64,000 bases of DNA, from positions 614,479 through 678,478 of the forward strand of contig JACPEJ010000001.1 of assembly GCA_016183565.1 (NCBI GenBank), written 5' to 3'. Positions 37,796 through 46,676 of this stretch are shown one piece after another. A program made the position numbers and the translations under genes. Source of the DNA: Candidatus Blackburnbacteria bacterium. GTDB taxonomy: Bacteria > Patescibacteriota > Microgenomatia > UBA8517 > UBA10165. Below the pieces are notes generated by a model. That model did no database searches, had not been told where the DNA came from, and saw nothing but the letters and a program-made list of their open reading frames with translations. Each line of letters starts with the position of its first letter. The first letter of the stretch is position 1.

Positions 37796-38198
37796 CCAGC
37801 TTTCCTCCTACTTCCAGATTAGCACTTGTTAAGCCGTAATTACAAGCTACGCCACAATCGCTATCTAGGCCTAAAACAACTTCGGGGTCTTTCTTGTTCT
37901 CAAGTTTTGCGAAAAGTTGATATTTTGAACCATCTTTTGAAGAGCGGTAAGAATACTTGAGTTGGTGGACGGGGTCACTGGGCATTTTTTCTATCACCCC
38001 GGGATATTTGCCATGGGTAGAATGATAGATTTCAAGTTCTTTTTGAATTTGCGAGAGGTCACTCTTGCGTTTTTCGTCTCGGGTTTTGGCTTGGAGCTCT
38101 CGAATATAACTGAGAGCAAAAAAACTAACAATTCCCATCACAAGAAGTACGAGAAGTATTGGTGGATTTGAGTTTGCACCCTGGGATACCTTTTTCAT
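37788..38198 (-). CDS. Pilin-like protein (atypical N-terminus)
   Basis: A hydrophobic N-terminus followed by a GspG-like K/R...DL..I...LE.Y segment. Confidence 0.45.
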   Translation of the reverse strand: MKKVSQGANSNPPILLVLLVMGIVSFFALSYIRELQAKTRDEKRKSDLSQIQKELEIYHSTHGKYPGVIEKMPSDPVHQLKYSYRSSKDGSKYQLFAKLENKKDPEVVLGLDSDCGVACNYGLTSANLEVGGKLDE

Positions 38199-38785
38199 TT
38201 TGCACTATTTGCACTATCGGTGGATTCAGACGCTTGGGTTTTGCGCATAAGGACGACATCTTTTTCGATTGCCTCAAGTTCTTTCTCGACAGGAGTGTCG
38301 CCACTAGCCACACCAAAGTTGCATATTTGAGAACCGCAAGCAAGTTTTCGGCGTGCTACTCCTTCTTTATACTCATCGTCTTTTGAATTTTCCAGATGAG
38401 CAAAAAGTTGAAAGTTTTTCCCATCAGTAACATATAGATAGGAATACTTCTTTCCAGGTGCCAACGGGTCCTCGGGTATTCTATCTATATAAGGAGGATA
38501 GCTTGAATCAGTAATATCTCTTATTCCATCCTTTCCCCACTCGCACGGGCTTGGTTTTTCTATCTCCCCGCAAGCAAAAATTTTTCCATCGCGTGCTGGA
38601 GGATATGAGGCAAAATCATTTAAATACATATTTAAGGCAGTGGCTATATGTTTAAGGTCGTTTTTGCGTTGTACGTCCCGCGCTCGGACTAACGAGGTGC
38701 GGAAATTAAAAAGTGCCAAGCCCCAGATTATTGTGAGGATTAGACCAACCATGAGGATTTCGTTTTTGGTAAAACCCTGTTGCAT
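38195..38785 (-). CDS. Type IV pilin-like protein
   Basis: QQGFTKNEILMVGLILTII, then RARDVQRKNDLKHIATALNMY. Confidence 0.6.
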   Translation of the reverse strand: MQQGFTKNEILMVGLILTIIWGLALFNFRTSLVRARDVQRKNDLKHIATALNMYLNDFASYPPARDGKIFACGEIEKPSPCEWGKDGIRDITDSSYPPYIDRIPEDPLAPGKKYSYLYVTDGKNFQLFAHLENSKDDEYKEGVARRKLACGSQICNFGVASGDTPVEKELEAIEKDVVLMRKTQASESTDSANSAK

Positions 38786-38941
38786 GAGTTTAAAAAATTT
38801 TCAATTTTCAATTCTTAATTTTTATTCAATTTTTAATGACTAAATGTTTACTAATTAGGTTTTAATCTAATTGAGTATGTTAAATTTAAAATTAGATTAT
38901 TTGGATTTGATTAAAAATTTAAAATTTAAAATTCATTTCCT

Positions 38942-39733
38942 TCAGAGGAAATGGTTATACCACCCTACTATCCTATCACTAAAAAATAAACTAATCCAAG
39001 CGCCAAGCAGTAGGAATGGGCCAAAGGCGATGTGTTTTTTCCAAGAGGCTTTGTTTGCTGCTATTAAAAAAAGTCCAACAACTGCTCCTATGGAAAAAGA
39101 AAGCAGAAACCAAATCAGGACTCTCGGGTATCCTAGGAGAGAACCTAAAACGAATGAAAGTTTGACATCACCAAATCCCATCCCACGACCTCTTGTTAAT
39201 ACAAAAATACCCAGGAAGAAACTAAAAGAAATAAGACCCCAAGATATGTGATTGATAAGAGTGGGGGGGGGAGCAAGAAATAAAAACAAAAGTACTGTAA
39301 GACCTAATACTAGAACTAAAATATCAGGCAAAATTTCAAATTCAAAGTCTATTACTATTAGACTTATAAAGATTGCAATAATCATTAGTAAGGCAGGGAG
39401 TGCCGCAAAACCAAGTGTGGTTTTAAAAAGGCTTAAGGATGAATTATTCGTTGAGAAGAATAGGAAGGTTGAGATAACAAATGCTATGCTTGTCAAAGTT
39501 TCGATTACAGGATAACGCAAGCCAATTTTTTTTCCACAGGAAGCGCATTTCCCTCGGAGCAAGATAAAAGAAACAACCGGTATGTTATTAAACCAGCGGA
39601 TTTTTTTGTGACAGTGGTCGCAGACTGACCTTCCGAATATGGAGATTCCACGAGGGATACGGTGGGTGAGCATCCCGATGAAGGAGCCGAGGGCTAGTCC
39701 AAGAAGAGCGAGAATGAGATAGAAAAATGGCAT
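38942..39733 (-). CDS. pilD: Prepilin peptidase (A24 family)
   Basis: An N-terminal Cys-rich zinc-binding segment (CDHC...CASCGKKI), then polytopic TM helices with a GFGDVKL catalytic region. Confidence 0.85.
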   Translation of the reverse strand: MPFFYLILALLGLALGSFIGMLTHRIPRGISIFGRSVCDHCHKKIRWFNNIPVVSFILLRGKCASCGKKIGLRYPVIETLTSIAFVISTFLFFSTNNSSLSLFKTTLGFAALPALLMIIAIFISLIVIDFEFEILPDILVLVLGLTVLLFLFLAPPPTLINHISWGLISFSFFLGIFVLTRGRGMGFGDVKLSFVLGSLLGYPRVLIWFLLSFSIGAVVGLFLIAANKASWKKHIAFGPFLLLGAWISLFFSDRIVGWYNHFL

Positions 39734-39758
39734 GTTGAGAGTAATTTCAAATTAAAAA

Positions 39759-40355
39759 TTACTTTGCTACACAAACATAGCATACATCTTCATCTTCCCA
39801 GGTAACAGTTGATGGACAGCTCTCGAGGGCTCCGGTTAATGGAAAGTTTGTATTTATGTTAATTTTGTAAAGTTCTCCTGTTTTTTTCCTTTCTGTTTCA
39901 GAAGTTGGCACAAAGCAAGCGTAGACAGGCGACTGGCTACCTTGTCCTTTTCCTAGGTATATTGCATCGCTTTTGTCAGCACTGATGTGTTGAGAGGGTA
40001 GTCCAGACGGAATGAGCCCCTCAGTAACCAAAATTCCGGGTTTCGAGCAATCTTCGTTTTCACAAATACCAACCTCAACGTTTGTTGTTTTATGCCAAGA
40101 AAAAGGATTGGCATTGTCTCTGCTGTTGAGATTAGACGACCAGGGAAGTTTACCGCGAGCTATATAGAAATTATTAATCCCCTCGACAATTGTTTCGGCA
40201 TCTTTGGAAAGATTACTATCCCGCTTGAGGCGAACTCCCTCGAAGGGGTCGGTAACGAAAAGTGCCATGGAAACAAGAATAGCAAGAAAGCCAATTGCAA
40301 TAACAAGTTCGATAATAGTAAAACCGTTTCTCAAAAAAGTTGTGAGGCGAAGCAT
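39759..40355 (-). CDS. Type IV pilin-like protein
   Basis: RNGFTIIELVIAIGFLAIL. Confidence 0.7.
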   Translation of the reverse strand: MLRLTTFLRNGFTIIELVIAIGFLAILVSMALFVTDPFEGVRLKRDSNLSKDAETIVEGINNFYIARGKLPWSSNLNSRDNANPFSWHKTTNVEVGICENEDCSKPGILVTEGLIPSGLPSQHISADKSDAIYLGKGQGSQSPVYACFVPTSETERKKTGELYKININTNFPLTGALESCPSTVTWEDEDVCYVCVAK

Positions 40356-40409
40356 ACTCTTAAATAGCTTAAAGAAGAAACCTTATAAAAAGCAAGTAGG
40401 AGAATGTTG

Positions 40410-40901
40410 TTATTCAGGAAGGCAAATAAAACATCCCGCGGAGAGATCTGCCTTTGGGCAACCAGCAGTAGAGCTACCTGTGTTATTCGCATATTTTGCA
40501 TTAGCCCTAAAGGTTTTGGAGATTGGTGCAAAACAAACTGTGGTCAGACCGGAAGTACTATTCTCCGTTACAATAAGACTTGTTAGATTGGTCCTGCTCT
40601 GAAATTGAGTTTTAAGTTCATTTTTGCTTACCAGTTCGGTAATGCCAGCATCAGAGCTTGACATGGCTGTGCCATTAGGCAGAGTCGCCCACGGGCCTTT
40701 TTGAAACGTTGTATAATACCTCTCTACTGCATTCAAAAGTTCGGCAGCATCAGATTTGAGGCCTGTATCCGTACCCTTCCTGATCTGTTCAATTGGGTTA
40801 ATAGCGGAAAGAACGGCAGTTGCCAAAATTCCAATAACTGCAATAACGATAAGAAGCTCAATAAGGGTAAAACCACGAAGTTTTGCGGCAGGTTTATTCA
40901 T
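40410..40901 (-). CDS. Type IV pilin (candidate major pilin)
   Basis: LRGFTLIELLIVIAVIGILA and a C-terminal Cys pair. It is the first pilin gene downstream of pilC. Confidence 0.7.
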   Translation of the reverse strand: MNKPAAKLRGFTLIELLIVIAVIGILATAVLSAINPIEQIRKGTDTGLKSDAAELLNAVERYYTTFQKGPWATLPNGTAMSSSDAGITELVSKNELKTQFQSRTNLTSLIVTENSTSGLTTVCFAPISKTFRANAKYANNTGSSTAGCPKADLSAGCFICLPE

Positions 40902-40948
40902 TACTGTTATTAGTTAGACATAACAAAAAGAGCTTGTCAAGGGACAAA

Positions 40949-42154
40949 TCAAAACTGTCCTGTGAGATTGTAGATTGGCAGGATTACTGCGATAACCAGA
41001 AAACCAACACCAATTCCTAAAATTATCATTACCAAAGGCTCGACTGCTGCTGTTAAACCTTTTACTAAATGCTCAGATTCCTGCTCGAATACATGGGAGA
41101 CTTTTATTAAGGACTCGTCTAGTTTCCCTGTTTCTTCGCCTACTGCTAGCATTTGGTAAAGCATTGGCGGGAAAACCTCTGCTTCTTGAGAAAAGGCATA
41201 GGCAAGAGAGAATCCTTGTTCAACCTGCGTTGAGGAACGAGTAATTGCAGCGTTGACAACAGTATTTCCAACAACTCCTGAAACTATCCGTAACCCCTCA
41301 AGAAGAGAGACACCCGCGCCAACTAAAAGTCCTAGAGTTCGGGTTAGTTCAGTTAAAATAACTTGTCTTTGCAAGGGGCCAAGAATAGGTAGTTTTAATT
41401 TTAATTCGTCAACTTTTTGTCGGCCTTTGGGTGTCTTTGCAAGAAGCATTAATACCCACACTATTCCTCCTATTACTCCTCCCACAATCCACCAGTATTT
41501 TTCCGAGAATGACGAGATAGCCATTAGAGCTTTGGTTGGCATTGGCAATTCGGCGTTAAAATCAGCAAACAAAGAAAGCATTTTGGGTATAACAAAGACC
41601 ATCATTACTACTGCAACGGCTATCATGCCAACAACAACAATTACAGGATAAATAAGAGCTCCTTTTACTTTTGATTGAAACTCGCGCTGGGCTTCAAGGT
41701 TATCCGCAAGTCTTGCTAGAATGTTGTCCAGAACACCTCCGCCTTCGCCAGCTTTAACAAGTGCGATATAAACAGGGGAAAAAATTTTAGGGTGTTTTTC
41801 TAAGGCAGCCGAGAGAGAGGAACCTCCTTCGATATCTGAGAGTAGACTATCTACTATCGGACGCAGAGCTGGACGAGATTGTGTCTTTATGATAAGAAGT
41901 GCGTCGGTAATTGGCAAACCTGCTGTAATCATTATGGAGAACTGTCTTGTAAAAAGTGCGATGTCGTAAAGAGTTACTCTTTGACCAACGCGGCGCCACA
42001 AATCCAGAAGAGAGGCATGTTTGGGAGAGAGTGAGATAACTACGTACCCTTGCTCTCGCAATAATTTTGCTGCTTCGCGGATATCTTGGGCTTCAACTTG
42101 ACCTTTAACAAGTTTTCCACTTTTGTCTCGGGCCTTGTAGACAAAACGGTTCAT
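40949..42154 (-). CDS. pilC: Type IV pilus platform protein PilC (GspF family)
   Basis: Two GspF-type repeats and 3 TM helices. Confidence 0.85.
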   Translation of the reverse strand: MNRFVYKARDKSGKLVKGQVEAQDIREAAKLLREQGYVVISLSPKHASLLDLWRRVGQRVTLYDIALFTRQFSIMITAGLPITDALLIIKTQSRPALRPIVDSLLSDIEGGSSLSAALEKHPKIFSPVYIALVKAGEGGGVLDNILARLADNLEAQREFQSKVKGALIYPVIVVVGMIAVAVVMMVFVIPKMLSLFADFNAELPMPTKALMAISSFSEKYWWIVGGVIGGIVWVLMLLAKTPKGRQKVDELKLKLPILGPLQRQVILTELTRTLGLLVGAGVSLLEGLRIVSGVVGNTVVNAAITRSSTQVEQGFSLAYAFSQEAEVFPPMLYQMLAVGEETGKLDESLIKVSHVFEQESEHLVKGLTAAVEPLVMIILGIGVGFLVIAVILPIYNLTGQF

Positions 42155-43212
42155 ATGCTTCCTTGTACAAGCCTTGTTAACTCCTCAGGTCGCATAGCGA
42201 AGCTTTTGGCAGTTTCCAAGGTAATTAGGCCTTGTTTAACATAGGAGGCTAAAATCTTTTCGATATTATTCATACCAAACTCGGCGGAAGTTTGAATGAT
42301 GTTATCAATTTGATGGGTTTTGCCCTCGCGGATAGCTGTGCGGACTGCCGAAGTACCAGTTAAGATTTCGTACGCTGCGGTTCTGCCCCCACCTATTAAC
42401 GGGACAAGGCGCTGTGAAAAGACAGCTTCTAGAACATTAGAGAGCTGCAGGCGTACTTGGCCTTGTTGTTCCTCAGGAAAAACGTCCACAATTCTGTCGA
42501 TTGTTTGGGCGGCAGAATTTGTATGTAATGTAGCAAAGACTAAATGCCCGGTTTCTGCAACAGTTAGGGCAGCAGCAATTGTTTCGTGGTCACGCATTTC
42601 TCCGACGAGCACCACATCAGGATCTTCACGAAGGGCGGATCTTAGTGCAATTTCCCAAGAATGTGTGTCTTCTCGCATCTCTCTTTGAGATACCAAGGCC
42701 ATCTGCGACTGGAATACAAACTCAATAGGATCTTCTATGGTTAATATGTGGACAGGTCGAGTTTGGTTGATTTCATTAAGAATGGCAGCCAAAGTTGTGG
42801 ATTTACCATGTCCAGTTGGACCAGTAACTAAGATAAATCCTTGACGCAGTTTGGTAAAGTTGTGGCAAATTGGGGGTAGTTTCAGTTCGTCGATTGTTGG
42901 AATTTTTAGGGGAACTCTTCGGAATGTTGCTGCAATTGTTCCTTTTTGGTAATAAACATTCGCTCTGAAACGTGCGTTTTGGGAAAAAGCAATTGAAAAA
43001 TCAATTTCTTTATTAACAGTAACCCTTTCCAATTGCTCAGCGCTTAAGGAGGGGTTAATAAGCCTTTGAGTGCTTTCCGGGGCTAAAACACTTTCGTTGG
43101 GGACTTTCAAAAGTTCGCCGTCAACCCGAATAGTCGGTGGAGCACCAACAACAAGATGAAGATCTGATGCTTTTTTGTCTATGGATAGTTGTAGTAGTTG
43201 TTGTAGTTCCAT
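42151..43212 (-). CDS. pilT: Twitching motility ATPase PilT
   Basis: 353 aa. Walker A GPTGHGKSTT, plus Asp box and His box. Confidence 0.85.
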   Translation of the reverse strand: MELQQLLQLSIDKKASDLHLVVGAPPTIRVDGELLKVPNESVLAPESTQRLINPSLSAEQLERVTVNKEIDFSIAFSQNARFRANVYYQKGTIAATFRRVPLKIPTIDELKLPPICHNFTKLRQGFILVTGPTGHGKSTTLAAILNEINQTRPVHILTIEDPIEFVFQSQMALVSQREMREDTHSWEIALRSALREDPDVVLVGEMRDHETIAAALTVAETGHLVFATLHTNSAAQTIDRIVDVFPEEQQGQVRLQLSNVLEAVFSQRLVPLIGGGRTAAYEILTGTSAVRTAIREGKTHQIDNIIQTSAEFGMNNIEKILASYVKQGLITLETAKSFAMRPEELTRLVQGSI

Positions 43213-43213
43213 A

Positions 43214-45013
43214 TTATTCCTGTGCTACTCTTAACACCTCTTCTATGGTAGTAATTCCTTCCAAGGCTTTCAAGTATCCATCTTGTTTCATCGTAATCAT
43301 TCCTTCTTCTTTTGCTTGTTTTTCTATGTCGCCAGATGAAGCATGCTCAAGAACAAGTCTTCCTATCTTTTCTGTGATAGGCATTACCTCGTAAATTCCA
43401 ACTCTTCCCATGTATCCAGTATTACCACACTCTGTGTCTCCTTTGCCATGGTAAAGTTTTGTCCCACCTTGTGGATTGTTGGGCCAAAGACTTCCCAGGT
43501 TGCTTTTCATATCTTCTAAGATTTTAGGATCTGGTTCATAGGCCTCTTTGCAGTCTTCGTGGATTTTTCTAACGATTCTTTGGGCAACAATGCATGTAAT
43601 TGTCGACCCAAGGAGAAATGGTTCGGCACCCATATCTAAAAGGCGTGGGAGAACACCCGAGGCGTTTGTTGTATGTAATGTCGAGAAAACTAAATGGCCT
43701 GTTAGCGCAGCTTGGATTGCAAGTCCAGCGGTTTCAGCGTCACGAATTTCACCAACCATGATGATGTTTGGGTCTTGCCTGAGGAATGCGCGCAGCCCCG
43801 TTGCAAAAGTTAGACCCGCTTGTGGGTTAACTTGAACTTGGTTGACTCCGGCTATTTGGTACTCAACGGGATCTTCAAGGGTTACTACGTTTACCCTGGG
43901 TGTGCTAACTTTTGATAAGACGGAGTAGAGGGTTGTGGTTTTACCAGATCCGGTCGGACCACAGACGATGATAATTCCATGTGGTCTTAAAATTGCGTCT
44001 TCTAGATTTTTCAAGGCTCGGCCTCTGAGTCCTAATTCCGGAAGTTTTGGTACTCCGCCTGTTTTTTTAAGAAGACGCATAACGATTTTTTCTCCATGTG
44101 CTGTAGGCAGAGAGGATACGCGCAAGTCCACCTCTTCGCCGCCGGATTTAAAATTAAACCTCCCGTCTTGGGGTACTCTTTTTTCGTCAATTTTCATACC
44201 AGATAGAATTTTTATTCTTGAGATTAGGGAATCATGAAGTTGTTTGGTCATAATAAACTTCTCTTGTAAAATCCCGTCAATGCGGTATCTAACGCGAGTT
44301 GATTTTTCTTCAGGTTCTACATGAATATCTGAAGCGCGCGATTTAACGGCAAAGGTTAAAAGTTCTTTTACAATTTTGGCGATTGGTGCTTCTCTTATGA
44401 CTTGATCTAAGCGAGATAAATCAACAGTGTTGACCCCGCCTTCTGTGGGTTCTGCTTCTTTAATTGCTTCTGTTACACCTCGGCTTAAACCAACTGAATA
44501 TTGTTCTCCGATGACTCTTTCAATCTTTGAAGGAACAGCGGAAACAGGGCGAACGCGCATACCTGTTTTTTGTCTTACAAACTCGACAGCGGTGATATCC
44601 AGAGGATCAGCCATTGCCAGAGTAATTTGTTGAGCGTCTTTGTCAATTGAAATGGGGATAACGTTAAACCTTGAGGCAACTGATTGGGTGAGAGCAGAAA
44701 GTGCTTCGGGAGAAATAGGAGTTTGGTCTAAGTCTATAAAGGGAACGTTGTAAAAAACAGCGCGCGCTTTTGCCATTTGCTCTTCTTTAACCATCCCTAG
44801 CTCTTTTAGTATTTCTTCTTGAGTGCGTCCTGTTTGGAGTTCTTCTAACTTGATCTTTTCTGCGCCTTCTGGCCCTAAGACTCCTTGGGAAACAAGTATA
44901 TCTACAACAGAGGAGGCATCATTGTTGTGGGGAACATCAGGGGTTAAAGTAGCACTGGTTGCAGTTTCGGTCTTACTACTCTTATTTTTACTCGCGGGGG
45001 CAGGCTGGGGCAT
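43214..45013 (-). CDS. pilB: Type IV pilus assembly ATPase PilB (GspE family)
   Basis: 599 aa. An N-terminal GSPII-like domain and Walker A GPTGSGKTTT. Confidence 0.9.
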   Translation of the reverse strand: MPQPAPASKNKSSKTETATSATLTPDVPHNNDASSVVDILVSQGVLGPEGAEKIKLEELQTGRTQEEILKELGMVKEEQMAKARAVFYNVPFIDLDQTPISPEALSALTQSVASRFNVIPISIDKDAQQITLAMADPLDITAVEFVRQKTGMRVRPVSAVPSKIERVIGEQYSVGLSRGVTEAIKEAEPTEGGVNTVDLSRLDQVIREAPIAKIVKELLTFAVKSRASDIHVEPEEKSTRVRYRIDGILQEKFIMTKQLHDSLISRIKILSGMKIDEKRVPQDGRFNFKSGGEEVDLRVSSLPTAHGEKIVMRLLKKTGGVPKLPELGLRGRALKNLEDAILRPHGIIIVCGPTGSGKTTTLYSVLSKVSTPRVNVVTLEDPVEYQIAGVNQVQVNPQAGLTFATGLRAFLRQDPNIIMVGEIRDAETAGLAIQAALTGHLVFSTLHTTNASGVLPRLLDMGAEPFLLGSTITCIVAQRIVRKIHEDCKEAYEPDPKILEDMKSNLGSLWPNNPQGGTKLYHGKGDTECGNTGYMGRVGIYEVMPITEKIGRLVLEHASSGDIEKQAKEEGMITMKQDGYLKALEGITTIEEVLRVAQE

Positions 45014-45118
45014 ACATCCATATTGATATAATTTTTGGTAAAATGCAAGGAAAGCAAGTAACGTCAGACTTTGTTGCTGATGTCACTCTGGGTTACTGGT
45101 GTTACTGATATTACTCCT

Positions 45119-45796
45119 ATGCATGCTTTTTTGATTGTTGGCAAAACAGAAAAAGAACGACAGGGTGCGGTTGTGGAAATTCTTAAACAGAATAAGGTGG
45201 GGGAGACTTTGAGTCTAACTTCTGACAAAGAGGTATATTCTATCTCGAGTGTTCGTAATTTAAATAAAACCCTGCGGCTAAAGACTTTGGACGAAACCAC
45301 AAGAGCGGTTGTTGTGAAAAATGCTCATAGATTGACAACTGAGGCAGCTAATGCTTTTCTTAAAACTTTAGAAGAGCCTACAGCTCATACAATTCTTATT
45401 TTAACCGCACCTAATCAAGATTCTCTACTTCCTACAATAGTCTCACGTTGTCAGGTGGAAAATTTAGGCAATAGTGCTCCCACTTCGGGCAAGAAGGAGG
45501 AGTTGGAAAAACTTGTGAATTCTTCTATCGGAGAAAGACTTATTGTGGCTGAAAAATTTGATGATCGGGAGATGGCTTTAGAGTTTGTAGTAGAACAAAC
45601 GTTTGCTGCACGAGATGTGATGATAAGTTCGGTAAAAACAGATGGGGCTTCAGCTAACACGGCTTCCTGTCTAAAACTACTTAAAGATCTAAAACAGGCT
45701 AAGGATGATTTAGAATCCAATGTTAATGTAAAGTTGGTTCTTGTGAATCTGCTTCTCCAATATCCTATATTCCATTCCACTCCCGATGTGGAATAG
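45119..45796 (+). CDS. holB: DNA polymerase III delta' subunit (short)
   Basis: NAHRLTTEAANAFLKTLEEPTAHTILILTAPNQDSLLPTIVSRCQ. The C-terminal 8 codons are encoded by REP copy f. Confidence 0.65.
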   Translation: MHAFLIVGKTEKERQGAVVEILKQNKVGETLSLTSDKEVYSISSVRNLNKTLRLKTLDETTRAVVVKNAHRLTTEAANAFLKTLEEPTAHTILILTAPNQDSLLPTIVSRCQVENLGNSAPTSGKKEELEKLVNSSIGERLIVAEKFDDREMALEFVVEQTFAARDVMISSVKTDGASANTASCLKLLKDLKQAKDDLESNVNVKLVLVNLLLQYPIFHSTPDVE

Positions 45797-45810
45797 GTTG
45801 ACACGTCGGG
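45768..45810 (-). repeat. REP-like element, copy f (inverted orientation), 5' of the RAYT gene
   Basis: The reverse complement reads CCCGACGTGTCAACCTATTCCACATCGGGAGTGGAATGG. Confidence 0.75.
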
Positions 45811-45837
45811 AGGATTGTTGTAGTGTAATGTTAGTAC

Positions 45838-46512
45838 ATGCCTACTCGGATAATACCTCTCGTAAACGGTGAGTTTTACCATCTTTTTAATCGAGGTGTG
45901 GCGCATCAACCAATTTTTTCTACTAACAGGGATTACCAAAAGTTTTTACTCCCTCTACAATACTATCAGTTACAAACACCACCTGTTAAGCTGTCTCGAT
46001 TTATGCAATTACAAAAGGATGAAAAGGAATACTTACTCAAAGAACTCGAGACGAAGGGAAAGAAATTAGTAAATCTTATCTGCTTTGTTCTAATGCCAAA
46101 TCACTTCCATGCTCTTGCACAACAATCAGTTAACAATGGTATTTCTACTTTTATAAAGAGAGCTACTGATAGCTATGCCCGTTATTTCAACACCAAACAT
46201 GAACGTGTTGGTCCTTTGTTTCAGGGAGCATTTAAGGCGGTAAGAATTACAACGGTTGAGCAATTACTTCATGTGTCAAGATATATACACCTGAATCCAC
46301 TGGTTTCTTTTGTTGTGCGTCAAGAAAACTTCATCCAATATCAGTGGTCATCGCTCCAATACTTCTTACAAGAAAACATTTCTCAGAATATAGTTGACCC
46401 TACTCCTATACTCCAAAATTTCAGTTCTAAGGAAGAATATAAGAAGTTTATATTAGACCACGCTGAATACGCAAAGGAGTTGGAGAAAATTAAGCACATG
46501 GTGATTGATTAA
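45838..46512 (+). mobile_element. REP-associated tyrosine transposase (RAYT; IS200/IS605-like Y1 HUH transposase)
   Basis: YHLFNRGV ... LMPNHFHAL (HUH motif) ... SRYIHLNPL (catalytic Tyr). The gene is flanked on both sides by REP-like elements in opposite orientation. Confidence 0.75.
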
Positions 46513-46513
46513 T

Positions 46514-46549
46514 ACCGATGTGCAAAGCTATTCCACTCCCGATGTGGAA
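46514..46549 (+). repeat. REP-like element, copy g, immediately 3' of the RAYT stop
   Basis: ACCGATGTGCAAAGCTATTCCACTCCCGATGTGGAA. Confidence 0.8.
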
Positions 46550-46676
46550 AGTTTGTGGAAAGTTGCTTTGGGGGCCAGGTTTTTAACCTTCGCTAAGTTT
46601 GCAAAGACTCGCATATCAAGCTATAATTATAGTTAGGAAATGGGGTTTTAAAAGCCCTATTTTTCGTGTTTAGACA

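Noticed and set aside
41253-41651. Several antisense ORFs inside pilC, pilT, pilB, hppA and gyrA (for example 41253..41651, 42320..42688, 43548..43835, 49435..49848, 53434..53837)
   Set aside because: All are nested opposite well-supported genes with strong family motifs. No independent signals.
45064-45110. GTTACTG x3 short repeats in the pilB/holB divergent region
   Set aside because: Only three loosely spaced units. Likely incidental promoter-region sequence, not the same family as the 9-bp GTAGTACA arrays.
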